DNA of 63,983 nt, filler included, from Octopus bimaculoides (GCF_001194135.2; 6 parts of 6 records of this genome joined end to end with filler, not necessarily neighbours in it); one strand, 5' to 3'. Positions 39,438 through 52,997 are shown, numbered from the whole stretch's first letter. Made by a program: numbers and translations. Notes: generated by a model not told the origin, from the letters alone.

Positions 39438-39556
39438 GAATCTATGGTGCCCTACCTGATGTATCAAGCACCATTGAGAGAGACCATTACCAAGACAGAT
39501 ATGTGAAACCTCCAGAGAGACAGTTACCTTCAACACCAGATGTTGTTGTCAGTTAA
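39438..39556 (+). CDS. PCDH: Protocadherin copy C, terminal exon 4
   Basis: In-frame 3-nt deletion versus copies A and B (GIYGALP vs GIYGGAPP); TAA 39554-39556. Confidence 0.88.
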
Positions 39557-39770
39557 GTGAGACTGAGAAGATGACACAACAGAAATTATATCACCCTTCA
39601 ACATTCACACAACATTTAAAACAACACAAATATATTAGTTAGTTAACAATACTTCCCCACATATGACTGAATAGTTTGTATGTGTTTCAAACAAAGTATT
39701 TGAAATGTGTACATCTGGGGTAGGGTTGTGCAGATAAAACTAATATAACATCAATTATTCTGATTAATCA

Positions 39771-39870
39771 NNNNNNNNNNNNNNNNNNNNNNNNNNNNNN
39801 NNNNNNNNNNNNNNTTAATTAATTAANNNNNNNNNNNNNNNNNNNNNNNNNNNNNNNNNNNNNNNNNNNN
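39771..39870. other. Artificial scaffold linker
   Basis: N44-TTAATTAATTAA-N44. Confidence 0.97.
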
Positions 39871-40180
39871 TAACGTGCAAGTGGCTGAGCACTCCACAGA
39901 CACATGTACCCTTAACGTAGTTCTCGGGGGATATTCAGCGTGACACAGTGTGACAAGGCTGACCCTTTGAATTACAGGCACAACAGAAACAGGAAGTAAG
40001 AGTGAGAGAAAGTTGTGGTGGAAGAGTACAGCAGGGTTCGCCACCATCCCCTGCTGGAGCCTCGTGTAGCCTTAGGTATTTTCGCTCAATAAACATTCAC
40101 AACGCCCGGTCCGGGAATCAAAACCGCGATCCTATGACCGCGAGTCCGCTGCCCTAACCACTGGGCCATTGCGCCTCCAC
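39871..40180 (-). mobile_element. SINE family 3 with well-preserved tRNA-like head
   Basis: Minus strand GGCGCAATGGCCCAGTGGTTAGGGCAGCGGACTCGCGGTCATAGGATCGCGGTTTTGATTCCCGGACC, followed by a body shared with other copies. Confidence 0.85.
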
Positions 40181-42001
40181 GTGTCTGTGTGTACATGCAT
40201 GCATACATACATAATTTATTCATAGCAGTCATGGGGAAATGACAGTGGGCTGACCTATGCAAATTACCTAGGCCATCAATGTGTTCTATTTTTGTATACC
40301 TCTTCAAGATAAGGTTGGACACTTGTCATGCTGATGATGCCTATCGAGGCAGAAACACATGTCCATGATTGTCCTCTTTTCTCCAAACAATAAGCTTGTC
40401 TTTTTCTGTAATGGCATGTCAGCTTTGGAGAATATATGATTCTTGGGATTATCTCATTTTCTCGTATGACATGGATCTCAATTGCCATTTTGGAATTATG
40501 ACATTTTCTAGAGGCAGAAATAATTTTGATAAATCAAGAATTTATGCTGTATGGTATTGAATATAATTTGTCTATGTTGTTTAAAATGTTTAAAATAATA
40601 ACCTGTGTGTGTGTGTGTGTGTGTGTTAGTATGTATAATTATATATACATATATAATATTTTCCTTTTTTTTTTTTTTCTCTTTCACAGCCAGATCACTT
40701 CACCTTCAATGTGCTGCATATCTTCACTGCGTATCACTGCAACCGCGCTTGAACACAAGTCCTCACAACCTCTCTTTAGTAGTTTACTTGATCCTCCTAC
40801 ATCTGTGTTTGCTTCTTAAAAAAAATCAAAACCAAAAAAAAATAGCACAAAGAAAAGATTCATTCCTTCTCATTTCTTCAGACCAACCTTGAGAGTTTAT
40901 AATTTCTAAAGTAATGGTCGGAGTAAATGTAGAATCTATTTATTTATTTATTTATTTAAGTTTTACTTCAATTTCTTCACCAAATCTTGATATTTCTCTT
41001 ACATAGTTGGGAAGGTATATATATATATATATATTTGTATATATATATATATATGTATATGTATGTATGTATAAATACTCACACATACACAAAGATCTGA
41101 TTCCCTCTGTCTTTCTTAAAAAATCTCTTGAGATTGTCTGCATACAATAATTAATTGAATCTCTGTGATAAGAACTTCTTAATTACTTCATTAAGGCAAT
41201 GTTGTGTATACACTTTAATTGTACCAAACCTATGCATTCTAGTCACATACTCCCTCACTTTGTTTTAAACCAAAGAGTAACGCTCTAGTCAATTATTTTG
41301 GTTTTATAAATAAATTCTCCATAGTTTTTACTTCAAGTGCATAAAGTCACTATATAATATTTGAAAACAAAATTCTGCATTTACTTAAAAAACAAAACCC
41401 CCCTTCAAAAACGAAGTATTATTATTAAATACTATTATTAGTAAATATTAAGTGATTTAATATCCTTAAGAAAATCCATATTATAATTTGTCATGTTGAT
41501 ATCCTCTTGAAAATCCAGGACCCTTTTGTCCAATGTAATATCATTGTCATCATTGTAATATCATTGTCTTCCTGAAAAGGAAGGGAGAGAAATGTTTTTT
41601 ATGTTCCCTTTGCAATTTGTAAAATCAAATTTTCCCTAAGATATATTAGCTACACTTTACTTATGTAGTACTCCACTTTTTAGGTGTAATTAGTCTTAGA
41701 CGGGTTAAGTATGGATAATTCAAAATAGCTCAGAATATTCTAATATAGTAATTTGCTTGTGTGTATTTAGAATTGTGGAGATTGAATTGGAAGTCATTTA
41801 ATTAACTGCAAGACTATTTTTACAAAAAAAAAAAGAAGCATCATCATGATAATTAATACTTAAAATATAACGACATACTTTAGATGCTCAACACTAACAA
41901 GGCTGCTGGTCTTAGTTGTAGCATTGTGTCAGATTTTAGGATTTTAGTGAGGCTCTTGTGTTTGGAAAAAGTGTGTTTGTCCGTGTAACTAAGTAGGAGA
42001 T

Positions 42002-45000
42002 ATGCAGATGGCTGAAGATAAGAAGGTGACCGGAAACCATGCAAGTTTGGAGAACTTACAACAAGTTCCACTGTCACAGAAAAGTGTTGAGCAGATCATT
42101 ACGTTTCCTTGGAGTCGTGACCATTCGTTGAGCTGCTACCACGGCTTGGACCAGAATGTCAAACCTGGAGAATATGTCCTTCTCACACTCTTCATGGAGT
42201 TCTGTTCGATTACTGAACACAAAATTGAACAAGTCCTTGCCGAACCACTTAAAAACCATTTTTCTAAATCTCTACAAAGAAATGAGGACCCCCAGTTCGA
42301 CCAGCTGCTTGCCTCCCTCGGCTGTGTGGCTGAACAAGGCCTGCCATCTCTCCTGCATTCCTTTCTTAAATGGTATGAAAAACAGTCCCTTGTTGACAAC
42401 AGTCATCTCCTTGATCGTTACCGTATACGAAATAAAGGAGAGAAAAACTTCTTGTGCGAGCGCCGTGAACTGGCTGTCGATTATGTTTATTGTTTGGTGC
42501 TGATTGAGATTTTACCGAAACTCTCATACCACCCGGGTCATGATGAACTTGTCACATGCATTATCAACCAGGGGTTCCGGCACTTCAAGTACAAAGATGG
42601 TTTACAGGCAAACCCAAATGCTGGCAATATCAAACTGATTTCTAGTCTGTATGCAGAGGTGATCGGTGTTCTGGCTCAGTCTCGGTTCCCACCGATTCAC
42701 AAGACTTTTCTCAATGAACTCAAAGAACTGAAACTCCGTGATCAGACGCCGTTCACGGCACAAAGTGTTATTAGCCTCCTGATGGGCCTGAAGTTTTTCC
42801 GTGTCAAAATGCATCCAATTGAAGATTTTGAAATGTGTGTCCAGTTCCTGCACGAGTTGGGTCAGTATTTTCTCGAAGTGAAAGACCGGGATATCAAACA
42901 TGCCTTAGCCATGTTGCTTGTGGAGATCTTACTGCCCGTTGCTGCCCAAGCTAAAAATGAGGTAAACGTCCCAGTTTTGAAGAATTTCGTCGAGATGCTC
43001 TACTCAACCACCATTGATATGACCACGAAAAAGAAACACACTCTTCATTTATTTCCTCTGGTCACCTGTCTGTTGTGTGTTAGCCACAAACAATTCTTCC
43101 TTAGTAACTGGCCATACTTTCTCACAATGTGTTTGTCTCAGTTAAAGAACAAAGAAGCAAAAATGTCACGGGTTGCTCTCGAATCTCTCTACCGCTTGCT
43201 CTGGGTCTACATGGTGCGGATTAAATGTGAAAGTAATACAGCCACCAGGAGTCGACTTCAAAGCATTGTGAACAGTCTCTTTCCGAAAGGCTCGAAGATG
43301 GTAACACCACGTGACACACCGCTCAATATTTTTGTCAAGATCATTCAGTTTATTGCTAAAGAAAGACTGGATTTTGCCATGAAAGAAATAATTTTTGACT
43401 TACTTTGTGTTGGAAGACCAATCAAATTCTTGACACCAGAAAGAATGAGCATCGGTTTGAGAGCCTTCCTAGTTATTGCCGACAGTCTACAGCAGAAGGA
43501 CGGTGATCCTCCGATGCCTCAGTCTGCAGCAACATTACCTTCTGGCAGTACAGTCCGTATCAAGAGAACATTTTTGAACAAAATGCTGAGTGAGGAGACA
43601 GCCAAGGACATTGGTCTATCATGCTACTATCCTCACATCCTGAAAACCTTTGATTCAATCCTTCGTGCTTTGGATGTGCAAGTAGGTCGTCCATTATTAC
43701 AGACAAATTCTGAAAACACGGGCAAAGAAGTCGACGAACTCATTACCAGTGACCGTAAACCTAAAATTGACTTATTCCGGACATGCATCGCTGCAATTCC
43801 CCGCTTGATACCCGAAAACATGTCAAGCCAAGAACTTGTCGAACTGCTTACTCGTCTGACAGTACACATTGATGATGAATTGAGGGGTTTAGCATTTCAA
43901 GCTTTGCAAAACCTGATGCACGAATCCCAGACTTTCAAAGAACAAGTCATTCGAGGTTTTGTGCAGTTTATTCAGCGTGATGTCAGCGACACAGCATCTC
44001 AGCCACTGGACGGTGTTCTTCGTATGTTAGTGCAGTTGCTAGTCCAGTGGAAGAGCAACCCTGGACAGCAGCAGAGCTTGACCTCGGTACCGGGTCAAGG
44101 AGCTAGTAAACTGGACGGTAGTAACGGTGCTATTGGTCGTGATGCAACAGCTGAACTTGTTGTACTTCACGATGTCGAAGGGTTGGCTCTTGTCATGCTA
44201 TGTAGCATTCAACTTGTCATCCGCAAATTGGCTCTGCTTCTACTCAAGGAGGTGCGCAACATCTTTACTAGTTGCCAACACGGTTCATCGACGACCTGCA
44301 GCAACTGCAATACTTCACAGCAATCTAATCATCATCAACATTATAACCACCACAACATAACTCGCCATCACCAAAACCTCCTCCAACATCATCACCAAAA
44401 CCTCCTCCAACATCATCACCATCACCTCCATCAGCCACAGTTGCAGCAAATAAACAAGTCATACTGCAGTAAAACCTGTTTAATTGACCAGATGGAATGT
44501 ATGTGTCTGCCAGTCATGACTAAAATGCTTGCGATTCTTCCACCAGATGAGAAAGCATCTCTGATTGCCTGTTCCAACATTGATCTGAATTGGATAATCG
44601 ATCGAGCAGCCAGTACCTGGCTGTCTGGTGCCAGTCAGGACAGCCAGGACATGCACCAGCTGATGGTCAACTCCTCGTTTAACCAACCGGACCCCTGGAT
44701 ACATCGTCTTGTTGGACTTATTGCATCTGAGGAATCGTTGAAGAAGTGTAGTCATGCTGTCAACTGTGCATGGATGATCGTCTATACTCGACTGCAAATG
44801 TTGTTTCCTTTGGTTGATGCCAGTTCCCAAACCAACGAATATCGGTCGTCAATACTGCGTTCTGGAAGCAAGAAAGTCACAAATGACTATGATCTCTACT
44901 TACGTCTTTGGCAAAACTATGTGATCCTTGCTTGTTGTTTAGCTCAACAAGGTACAGTTTTACCGTATCATCGGTGTGCTTCTCCGGAACTTGGATTTTC

Positions 45001-48000
45001 CCCAGAAAATTTTCCACCATTGTCTTCCGATAAAACAGAGAATAAACAAACAGCTCAGAGCAGTAACCTCTTCCGTTTGCTTGTGCCGTTGATAAAGTGT
45101 GAAAGTGCTGACATGAGGGATTCCGTTGTTAACGGTTTGGGTTACACCAATCCCACCGTTTTTAAAGAACTCCAAGAAGAACTACTCCCTTACTTAAAGG
45201 AAGCCAATGATAAGAAAGTCGATAACATCAAACAAAGGCGCAAACGCAACAACCTGAGGGTTCAGCTGACTCGATTGTTCAAACTAATGGCTGAAAACGG
45301 GACGTTTGGACTTCACAATTCTGGAGTCATTGATGCTGATAAGAACTGCTTGAATTCCATGTTCCTCGACTACATCGATGGTGCTCGTGTTTATTTAGAA
45401 GGTGAGAATGAAAGAGATTTGCCAAATATTCAAGAAGTGAGATTACATTTTAGTAGTTTCATTCGTTTGTTGATCCAAAACACTCCGTTGAAGCAGAGGA
45501 ACACTCTACTGTCGAAAGAAACACGTCACAGTTTATTCCATCTTCTTGCCATCTGGAGTGGCCACTTCAGTTCATCATTCGTGCATCTCGAGAGGAAGCT
45601 GTCTAAGGAGGAGGTCAGTCCAGAGTTGGAGCTGGCCACTGTCAGAGCCATGTCTTCAGTATTGACCTGCGGTCCAGTTTTCGACCCAAATGGCCTGAAT
45701 GAAGATGGCTATGTTTATACTTGGCTCGACGCTCTGTGGAATTGTCACGAGACTGAGATGCAGGAACAAATTCTGAGCTTGGCCAAAGAGACTGTGATTC
45801 TACTGTTGGACTTCAACCCAGATGTACAATATTTACTGGACTGGGTCATTGACCATTGCTATACTGCTAACATGGAAGTCGCTGACCATTGCTTAAATGC
45901 TTTAGCTGCTGTGTTTCAAACTAAGGAATATTCTTGTGATCTGATTGCCATGTTGAATCTTGTCGTGTTGAACGTTGGCAGCACTCGTGTCGAAACTCAT
46001 GACACAGCGCTTCAGTTACTGAGACTTCTCGACAGTTACTTCTTCCAAGACAAACCTGTCTTTGAAGAATCTACTTTAGACGCATCTCAACAACCAAATA
46101 CTCTCAATGATATTTTGTTGACCGTGAACTATGGTCAGTCTCAAGTAGTCTTGTCTGACCAGTTGGTCAAATTACATCCAGACATGACAATGCCAATGTT
46201 TTCCGAAATCACTCATCGGTTTCAGACTGCACGCCCAGCATTGCGAGAGGTTCTACTCAAATGTCTGTTGCCGTGGTTACACAACATCGAACTCGTTGAC
46301 CCTTCTCTGCCATCTTCTACTGCTATGTCAAGTTTCTTAACCAGTGTACAAGACAGCCAGACCGATAAAGTAACCAAGTCATACCTGGAAGGCGAGGGTT
46401 GGGGGTCTGCTCAGGCCACAGAAATGGTGCTAAATAATCTGCTGTATATTACTGTGAAATTTGGGGATAGTCACCCGACTGAGATTGAACACCTATGGGC
46501 TGCTTTGGTAAAATACTGGGCCAACAATTTAAGGGTAGTCGTACGATATTTAGTTATTGTCACCAATATGTCGCCAACAGTGTTACTGCCCTACGCTAAA
46601 CGTGTTATCAGTTATCTCGGCCGAGCCAAACCAGAGAAGCTTGTCGATGAATTAATGAACGAATTACAAACAGTGGAAACTTTAAATCAGACCATCGAAC
46701 GCACTCAGACTCCACCATTCTATCGGTTGTCATCTTTGAAGAAGTCAGCTACAAACGCCAACACCACAGACGATGAAAAGCTTGGCCGTACACAGGCTCC
46801 AGAGAATTCCCTAGAAAAGGGGGTGCTGCACACAAAGCGGCACAGCACATGTGAAGAGATCACAACTGAAGGCACCCCCTGTACCGATTCCACTACGTTT
46901 CTCTGTAGTATTTCTAGCATGTCCAGCTCTTCTTCAGTCAGCAGCAGTCACGACTTGATGGAAGAGAACTGTGCAAGCCCCACCAATACTCCAGTACCTT
47001 ACCCGCTTCCTATGCCAGCTTACGGCGGATATTTTGCTCCCATGTCTGAACTTCTACCGGATACATTTGTTCCTACCGCTGGATTACATCGCAGCTATCT
47101 TGGTATAATGTTTCTGTCTGATCTTGTGCTTGATGGCCTCGATATAGACTGGACACCTCATCTACCTTTGCTACTGCACATTGTCTTTCTGGGACTTGAC
47201 CATTCTCGAGCGATTGTCTATGAACACTGTAAGAAAATATTTCTCAACTTGTTGCTCTTCCAAGCTTCGGTTCCTGAGCACCAGTACATTGCACGCCTTT
47301 TGATCTCACGAATGCCACGACTGAAGTTGCTGAGTGATAACCGCAAGACTTTTACTGCAGACAGCCCAGCTGTTGAAGAAGATAATTTATTGTGTAATCA
47401 GTTAACTAGCACTACACGGACCACTGCTGACCTCACCAAAGACTCTTCACAACATGACTCAGTGGAAGCAACTGTGGACAGTCTGTTGTGCTTTTTGGCC
47501 AGTAAAACTGGGAAACCACTTTGGAATTACGAAGATATCACACCGAAGACTCTTACAACTATCAGTTCTTCGTCATTGGACTATTTCTTAAAGTTAGTAG
47601 TGAGGGTGTTTGAAGAATTGGTACCCTTGGCCCTTGTTGAACAACGATGGTCACAGATAGCCCTGCAAATGGCATTGTCCTGCTCTTCCAGACATTATGC
47701 CGGTCGTTCCTTCCAGGTCCTACGGGCTCTTCAAGTGCGTCCATCTACACAGATGCTGTCTGATATTCTGTCGAGACTTGTGGAAACGGCAGCCGAACAA
47801 GGCGAAGACATGCAAGGGTATGTAACGGAAATTATGTTGACCCTGATTGCTTCTGTAGACAACCTCGACCTGGAGTTGAGGCCAACTGATATGATGCGGG
47901 AACTATTTTTATCGACACCAAACCTCGCAAAAGAAAGCTCCACTGAAGTTGCTCGTGGTTCTGTAGTTAATGCAAACTCTGGCCCTGCACACACACGTAG

Positions 48001-51000
48001 CACTAGCTACACTGTATCCGTCCTGTCACGCCTGACTGCTTGTGTTGCAGCTGGCATGCCACGTGTGCGTTCGCCATCAGAAGTGCACCGGTCATGTTTA
48101 GCCAAATCTCACAGTGCTCAGTCTCTGAAGAACTTTGACGAAGCCAGCACTGAAGATAAACTAACAATTGTTACTCAGATGTTCTGGATGGCTGTTTCCA
48201 TGTTGGAATCAGACTACGACTACGAATTCCACCTTGCTATCAAACTTCTGGATAAGATTCTGAAACACTTGCAGCCTGAAAGACCTGAATGCCGGGAGAA
48301 GCTTGATAAGATCTTACAACAGATAAAATGGAATAATTTCCCCGGCGTGCAGATTCTTCTGTTAAAAGGTTGCACTTCACATGCATTAGCAGAGCCAACA
48401 TGGCTCCTTTTATCTCAATTGACTCTTTGCATCAATGCTCCAGTGATGGACCCCAGCGGAGCCCTTGGTTTCCCCATTAACGTCATCGCCTTACTGCCTT
48501 ATTTAATACACCACTACGAGAACCCAAGCTCAGAATGTCGTGAGGCTGCTGATCGAATTAGTCAGATGTGTGGTCAGCAGTCTGAGAAACTTCACAATCT
48601 TGCAACTGTAATGTCTCTTTATAGCCGAGGGACATTCAACAAGGACAGTTCGCAGTGGACCAAATGTGTAGTGAAATACTTGCTGGACGTGTATGCGTGC
48701 ACCAGTCTTAGTATGATTACATTCCTTGTTGAAGTTTTGGAACGAGGACCAATTAATTATCAACCAGACATTCTCCAGATTCTTCACTGCATTGTTCATT
48801 ACGTTGATTTCAACACAACATGTAAAAAGGTTTTGAACCAGCAACTGTTCTGCCCCGTATCACGCCATACCAAAGGAATCCACTGGAAAGAAGCTTTAAA
48901 GATTCTCAAACTCGCAGTCACTCGATCGTCTACTCTTGCTGCTGCGTTCCCAAGTGGTGGTGATGCAGGAGGTCCACCTGGAAACCGTTCGTCCTTTGTG
49001 GCAGATACCGGAATCTTCCGTAAGAAGGAGTTACCAGGACTGACGCTAGACTTCACAGTGGACTTGTCCAATCGGGCATTGATTGGTCACAAGTATCTGG
49101 GTATCGATCTGTACCCGAAAGAAGACAACAAGAATGTCAGCCTTCTGTCCGTTAGTCGGAAACATTCTGGTAACCAAGATTATGAGTCATCCTGGAAGAA
49201 GCCAATGATGTCACAGACACGGACACGGGAACGATTGATCAGCCTGCTGAACTATTTCGGACAGCGCATTGGGCTGCCCAAGAGCCCTTCGGTGATATTC
49301 AGCCAGTCCAGTGACCAACAACACAGTGTAACATCCAGTGGTGAAGAGACATCTATTCCAGAAACACCATCAAATGATGCTCTGTTGAGCGATACTAACA
49401 GTAGTGACCTTATGATGACCTTCAAAAGGTTTGATTTTCTTGACAACGAACTGGAGAAAGATGAACAAAACGACGACTATTTCTCATTGGGTGATCGGTG
49501 CCAGTCATTTAATCTTCACAGCTCCGAGATTTCCTCAAAGACCACATTTGGAAGCTCCCCTGAATTGAAACTACAGGACAGTATAGAAGACCTGAAGGGC
49601 ATAATGTCAAGCGATATTAACTGTTTACTTGAAGTGTCAACGTCTGACGAAGAATCGCAAACCCCTGGAGCCGATGATGATGGAATGCCTCGTGACCTTC
49701 CCTCCAGTAATTCATCAGCCATGCTACAAAACGATACATTGATTGAACGAGATACATCTAGCCCTGTTCTAGTGGCCACCTCGTCCAACAGTTCTCCCAG
49801 TGAAATAGATCTTATGGTGCTCAGTTCCAGCACATCCCGTGCACTAAGTCTCGCAAGCCTTGGTGCCATCTATTTCACTATACCTCCTGATGAAGCATGG
49901 CAAACTCATCTGCACCAAGTTCTCACAGATTCCTCCGTATCGTTGACCAGTGCCACTTGCCTTATTTTCCCACGTCTTTATAACGAGCATAAGAAATGCA
50001 TAGCTAACCTGACGCAGGAAGCGTGCTCGTACATAGGCGAACATGACAACTTGCAAGAACTCACCAGCAAATTCATGCATATCCTTGACACACTGTTTTC
50101 CCAGATGGAATGTCCGTATGTGTTTGTCCAACCAGAGTCTCTGTTGGAGAACAGTATTATTGACCGACATAAGTTCTGCGTCCTAGAAATTCAGGAATGT
50201 TTAGAAATGTTAAGCATGCGACTTACTCAAGCCGAACAATGTCTCGAAACAATGAAGTCAATGGCATTTCTTGAGCCTCTAAATGAAGGTGCTGCCTCGG
50301 CCGAAGCGAGGAATTCCAGTATTGATGACCAGAAGGGGGAGATGTGTCGACAGCTCTACAAACTGCTTTTCCAGCTGGTGTTACTCTTTGAAAGTTTCAT
50401 TAAGGTTGTTGATATCTTCCAGAATTTGACCTTGACTGGCCAAGCTTTAGACANNNNNNNNNNNNNNNNNNNNNNNNNNNNNNNNNNNNNNNNNNNNNNN
50501 NNNNNNNNNNNNNNNNNNNNNNNNNNNNNNNNNNNNNNNNNNNNNNNNNNNNNNNNNNNNNNNNNNNNNNNNNNNNNNNNNNNNNNNNNNNNNNNNNNNN
50601 NNNNNNNNNNNNNNNNNNNNNNNNNNNNNNNNNNNNNNNNNNNNNNNNNNNNNNNNNNNNNNNNNNNNNNNNNNNNNNNNNNNNNNNNNNNNNNNNNNNN
50701 NNNNNNNNNNNNNNNNNNNNNNNNNNNNNNNNNNNNNNNNNNNNNNNNNNNNNNNNNNNNNNNNNNNNNNNNNNNNNNNNNNNNNNNNNNNNNNNNNNNN
50801 NNNNNNNNNNNNNNNNNNNNNNNNNNNNNNNNNNNNNNNNNNNNNNNNNNNNNNNNNNNNNNNNNNNNNNNNNNNNNNNNNNNNNNNNNNNNNNNNNNNN
50901 NNNNNNNNNNNNNNNNNNNNNNNNNNNNNNNNNNNNNNNNNNNNNNNNNNNNNNNNNNNNNNNNNNNNNNNNNNNNNNNNNNNNNNNNNNNNNNNNNNNN

Positions 51001-51026
51001 NNNNNNNNNNNNNNNNNNNNNNNNNN
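42002..51026 (+). CDS. fry: Furry (FRY/FRYL, Tao3/Mor2 family) scaffold protein, intronless; 2817 codons open to the gap at 50454, true stop probably inside gap 50454-51026
   Basis: KPGEYVLLTLF, SKSLQRNEDPQFDQLL, LFPKGSK.VTPRD.PLNIFVKIIQFIAKERLDFAM.EII, KPKIDLFRTCIAAIPRL, ALSCSSRHYAGRSFQV, MLESDY.YEF.LA match FRY motifs. Length including the gap is ~3000 aa, as in FRY. Confidence 0.95.
44366..44413 (+). repeat. Perfect 24-nt tandem duplication within a His/Gln-rich insertion in fry
   Basis: catcaccaaaacctcctccaacat x2, encoding HHQNLLQH x2. Confidence 0.92.
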
Positions 51027-52153
51027 AAAAAAAAAAAAAAAACAGAAACAAACTTGAATCCATTTTTACAGGTAAACCAAATGAAACAGTCATAAAAAAA
51101 ATTCATTTTTTATTTAAAAATATATTAACAAAACATTGTTTTTAATTTTAAATTCAATAAAAGATTTTAACATGTGAAAAGAATTTTAAATAATGTAAAA
51201 TAATTAAAAAATCTAAATAAATAACAGATTTTAAAAAAAAGTGAAACTGTTGTGAATCTCAATGAGATGTGGTTTGGGATTGAAACCTGAACCTTTGAGA
51301 CCAAACTGAACTGAATATCTTTTTACCTTTTGACTCTGAACAACTGCTGCTTAATGCATTTATTGAAGATAAAAATTTTACCAAAATGATTTATCATCAC
51401 CATGTTTTCAACAGTTTTATGTGTTTATACTTTTTCATCATCATCATTATCATATTCATTGATTTACATTCATTTTCCATATTGGTATGGCTTGGACAAT
51501 CATGTCTGCTCTCCTGGATGGGTCAAGGGACTACCTCTCATCCATGGGTTTTATTTTTGGTTTGGTTTCTTCAGCTGGGTATATACTTCCTAGTGCCGTC
51601 CACTTTACACAGGAGTACTGGGTGCATTTCTTTTTGTGGCACTAACACTAGGAAGATTATTGTCTCTTCAATAAGCCTAAAGCTTCTTGCAACCCTACAC
51701 TTAGCAGAGTAGACTGGGCACATTTTCTGTGGCATCAGCATGAGAAAGGCTAGGAGTGAGAGAACGATGGATAGCACGAGGTAAGAGTGAGTGATGGCAG
51801 TCAATATCAAATGACAAGTTGAGTAAGTAGAGTTTGTGAGGCATGTTCATGTCTAATGAGATCCCTTAAGTATATTCCTCAAGATGGTGAGAGAGTTAAT
51901 GGAATAAGGACTAGGCTCAAAGTTCTGGTTACTTCCGACTGATGGGACACATGTCCCAGAATACTGTGCACCAGTGAGTTGAGTGTAATGAACACACTAT
52001 CATTGCAGAAGGGAGAAGTTATTCTCCTGTGACATACACTACAGTGAACAGCATATTTTGTGTCTGAACCTGTCTAGATGTGTTAAGAAGAAATACACTA
52101 ATAATTGTTCCAGATCTTAATATACACAATGTAAATAACAATTTTCATATATA

Positions 52154-52445
52154 GGTGCAGGAGTGGCTGTATGGTAAGTAGCTTGCTTACCAACCACATG
52201 GTTCTGGGTTCAGTCCCACTGCGTGGCACCTTGGGCAAGTGTCTTCTACTATAGCCTCAGGCCGACCAGAGCCTTGTGAGTGGATTTGGTAGAAGCCCAT
52301 CATATATATGTATGTGTGTATATGTTTGTGTGTCTGTGTTTGTCCCCCCCAACTTCGCTTGACAACCGGTGCTGGTGTGTTTATGTCCCCGTAACTTAGT
52401 GGTTCGGCAAAAGAGACCGATAGAATAAGTACTAGGCTTACAAAG
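52154..52445 (+). mobile_element. tRNA-derived SINE, family 1
   Basis: ggtgcaggagtggctgtatggtaagtagc...ggttcagtcccactgcgtggcacc; A and B boxes. Confidence 0.88.
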
Positions 52446-52997
52446 NNNNNNNNNNNNNNNNNNNNNNNNNNNNNNNNNNNNNNNNNNNNNNNNNNNNNNN
52501 NNNNNNNNNNNNNNNNNNNNNNNNNNNNNNNNNNNNNNNNNNNNNNNNNNNNNNNNNNNNNNNNNNNNNNNNNNNNNNNNNNNNNNNNNNNNNNNNNNNN
52601 NNNNNNNNNNNNNNNNNNNNNNNNNNNNNNNNNNNNNNNNNNNNNNNNNNNNNNNNNNNNNNNNNNNNNNNNNNNNNNNNNNNNNNNNNNNNNNNNNNNN
52701 NNNNNNNNNNNNNNNNNNNNNNNNNNNNNNNNNNNNNNNNNTATTTATATTCCTGCAAAACCAATGTGGGATATAGAATATGGAATATACAATATATAAT
52801 ATAAAATAAAAATGGATGGTACAATGAAATAAAATATTGAATGTCTTATTGAATATGAAATATTGAGTGTTCAATATAAAGGATTAAATATATAAAGGCG
52901 AATATGTATTTTCTATACCTTGTGGTATTTCATCATGGCCCGTATGACAGACTTTAACAGACTGTTATATATATATATATATATACTCACACATACT

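Noticed and set aside
39990-40180. tRNA gene on the minus strand
   Set aside because: No proper acceptor stem or anticodon arm, and it continues into a body shared with other dispersed copies; it is a SINE head.
40215-40560. Decayed TMEM39 3' exon (faint EMTV and SVMACQLWRIYDS resemblance)
   Set aside because: Needs several frameshifts and stops, and the similarity is at chance level by eye.
42074-50170. Numerous antisense and alternate-frame ORFs within fry
   Set aside because: Short by-products of a long coding sequence with no independent signals.
17912-51026. Protocadherins and fry nested in a TMEM39 intron, or a PCDH-Furry neuronal self-avoidance gene cluster
   Set aside because: The three genes lie on different segments joined by artificial linkers, so adjacency is unsupported.
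51027-51145. C-terminus KKKKNRNKLES... given to the 3047-aa ORF
   Set aside because: Artefact of reading through Ns into A-rich non-coding sequence; the real stop is probably in the gap.
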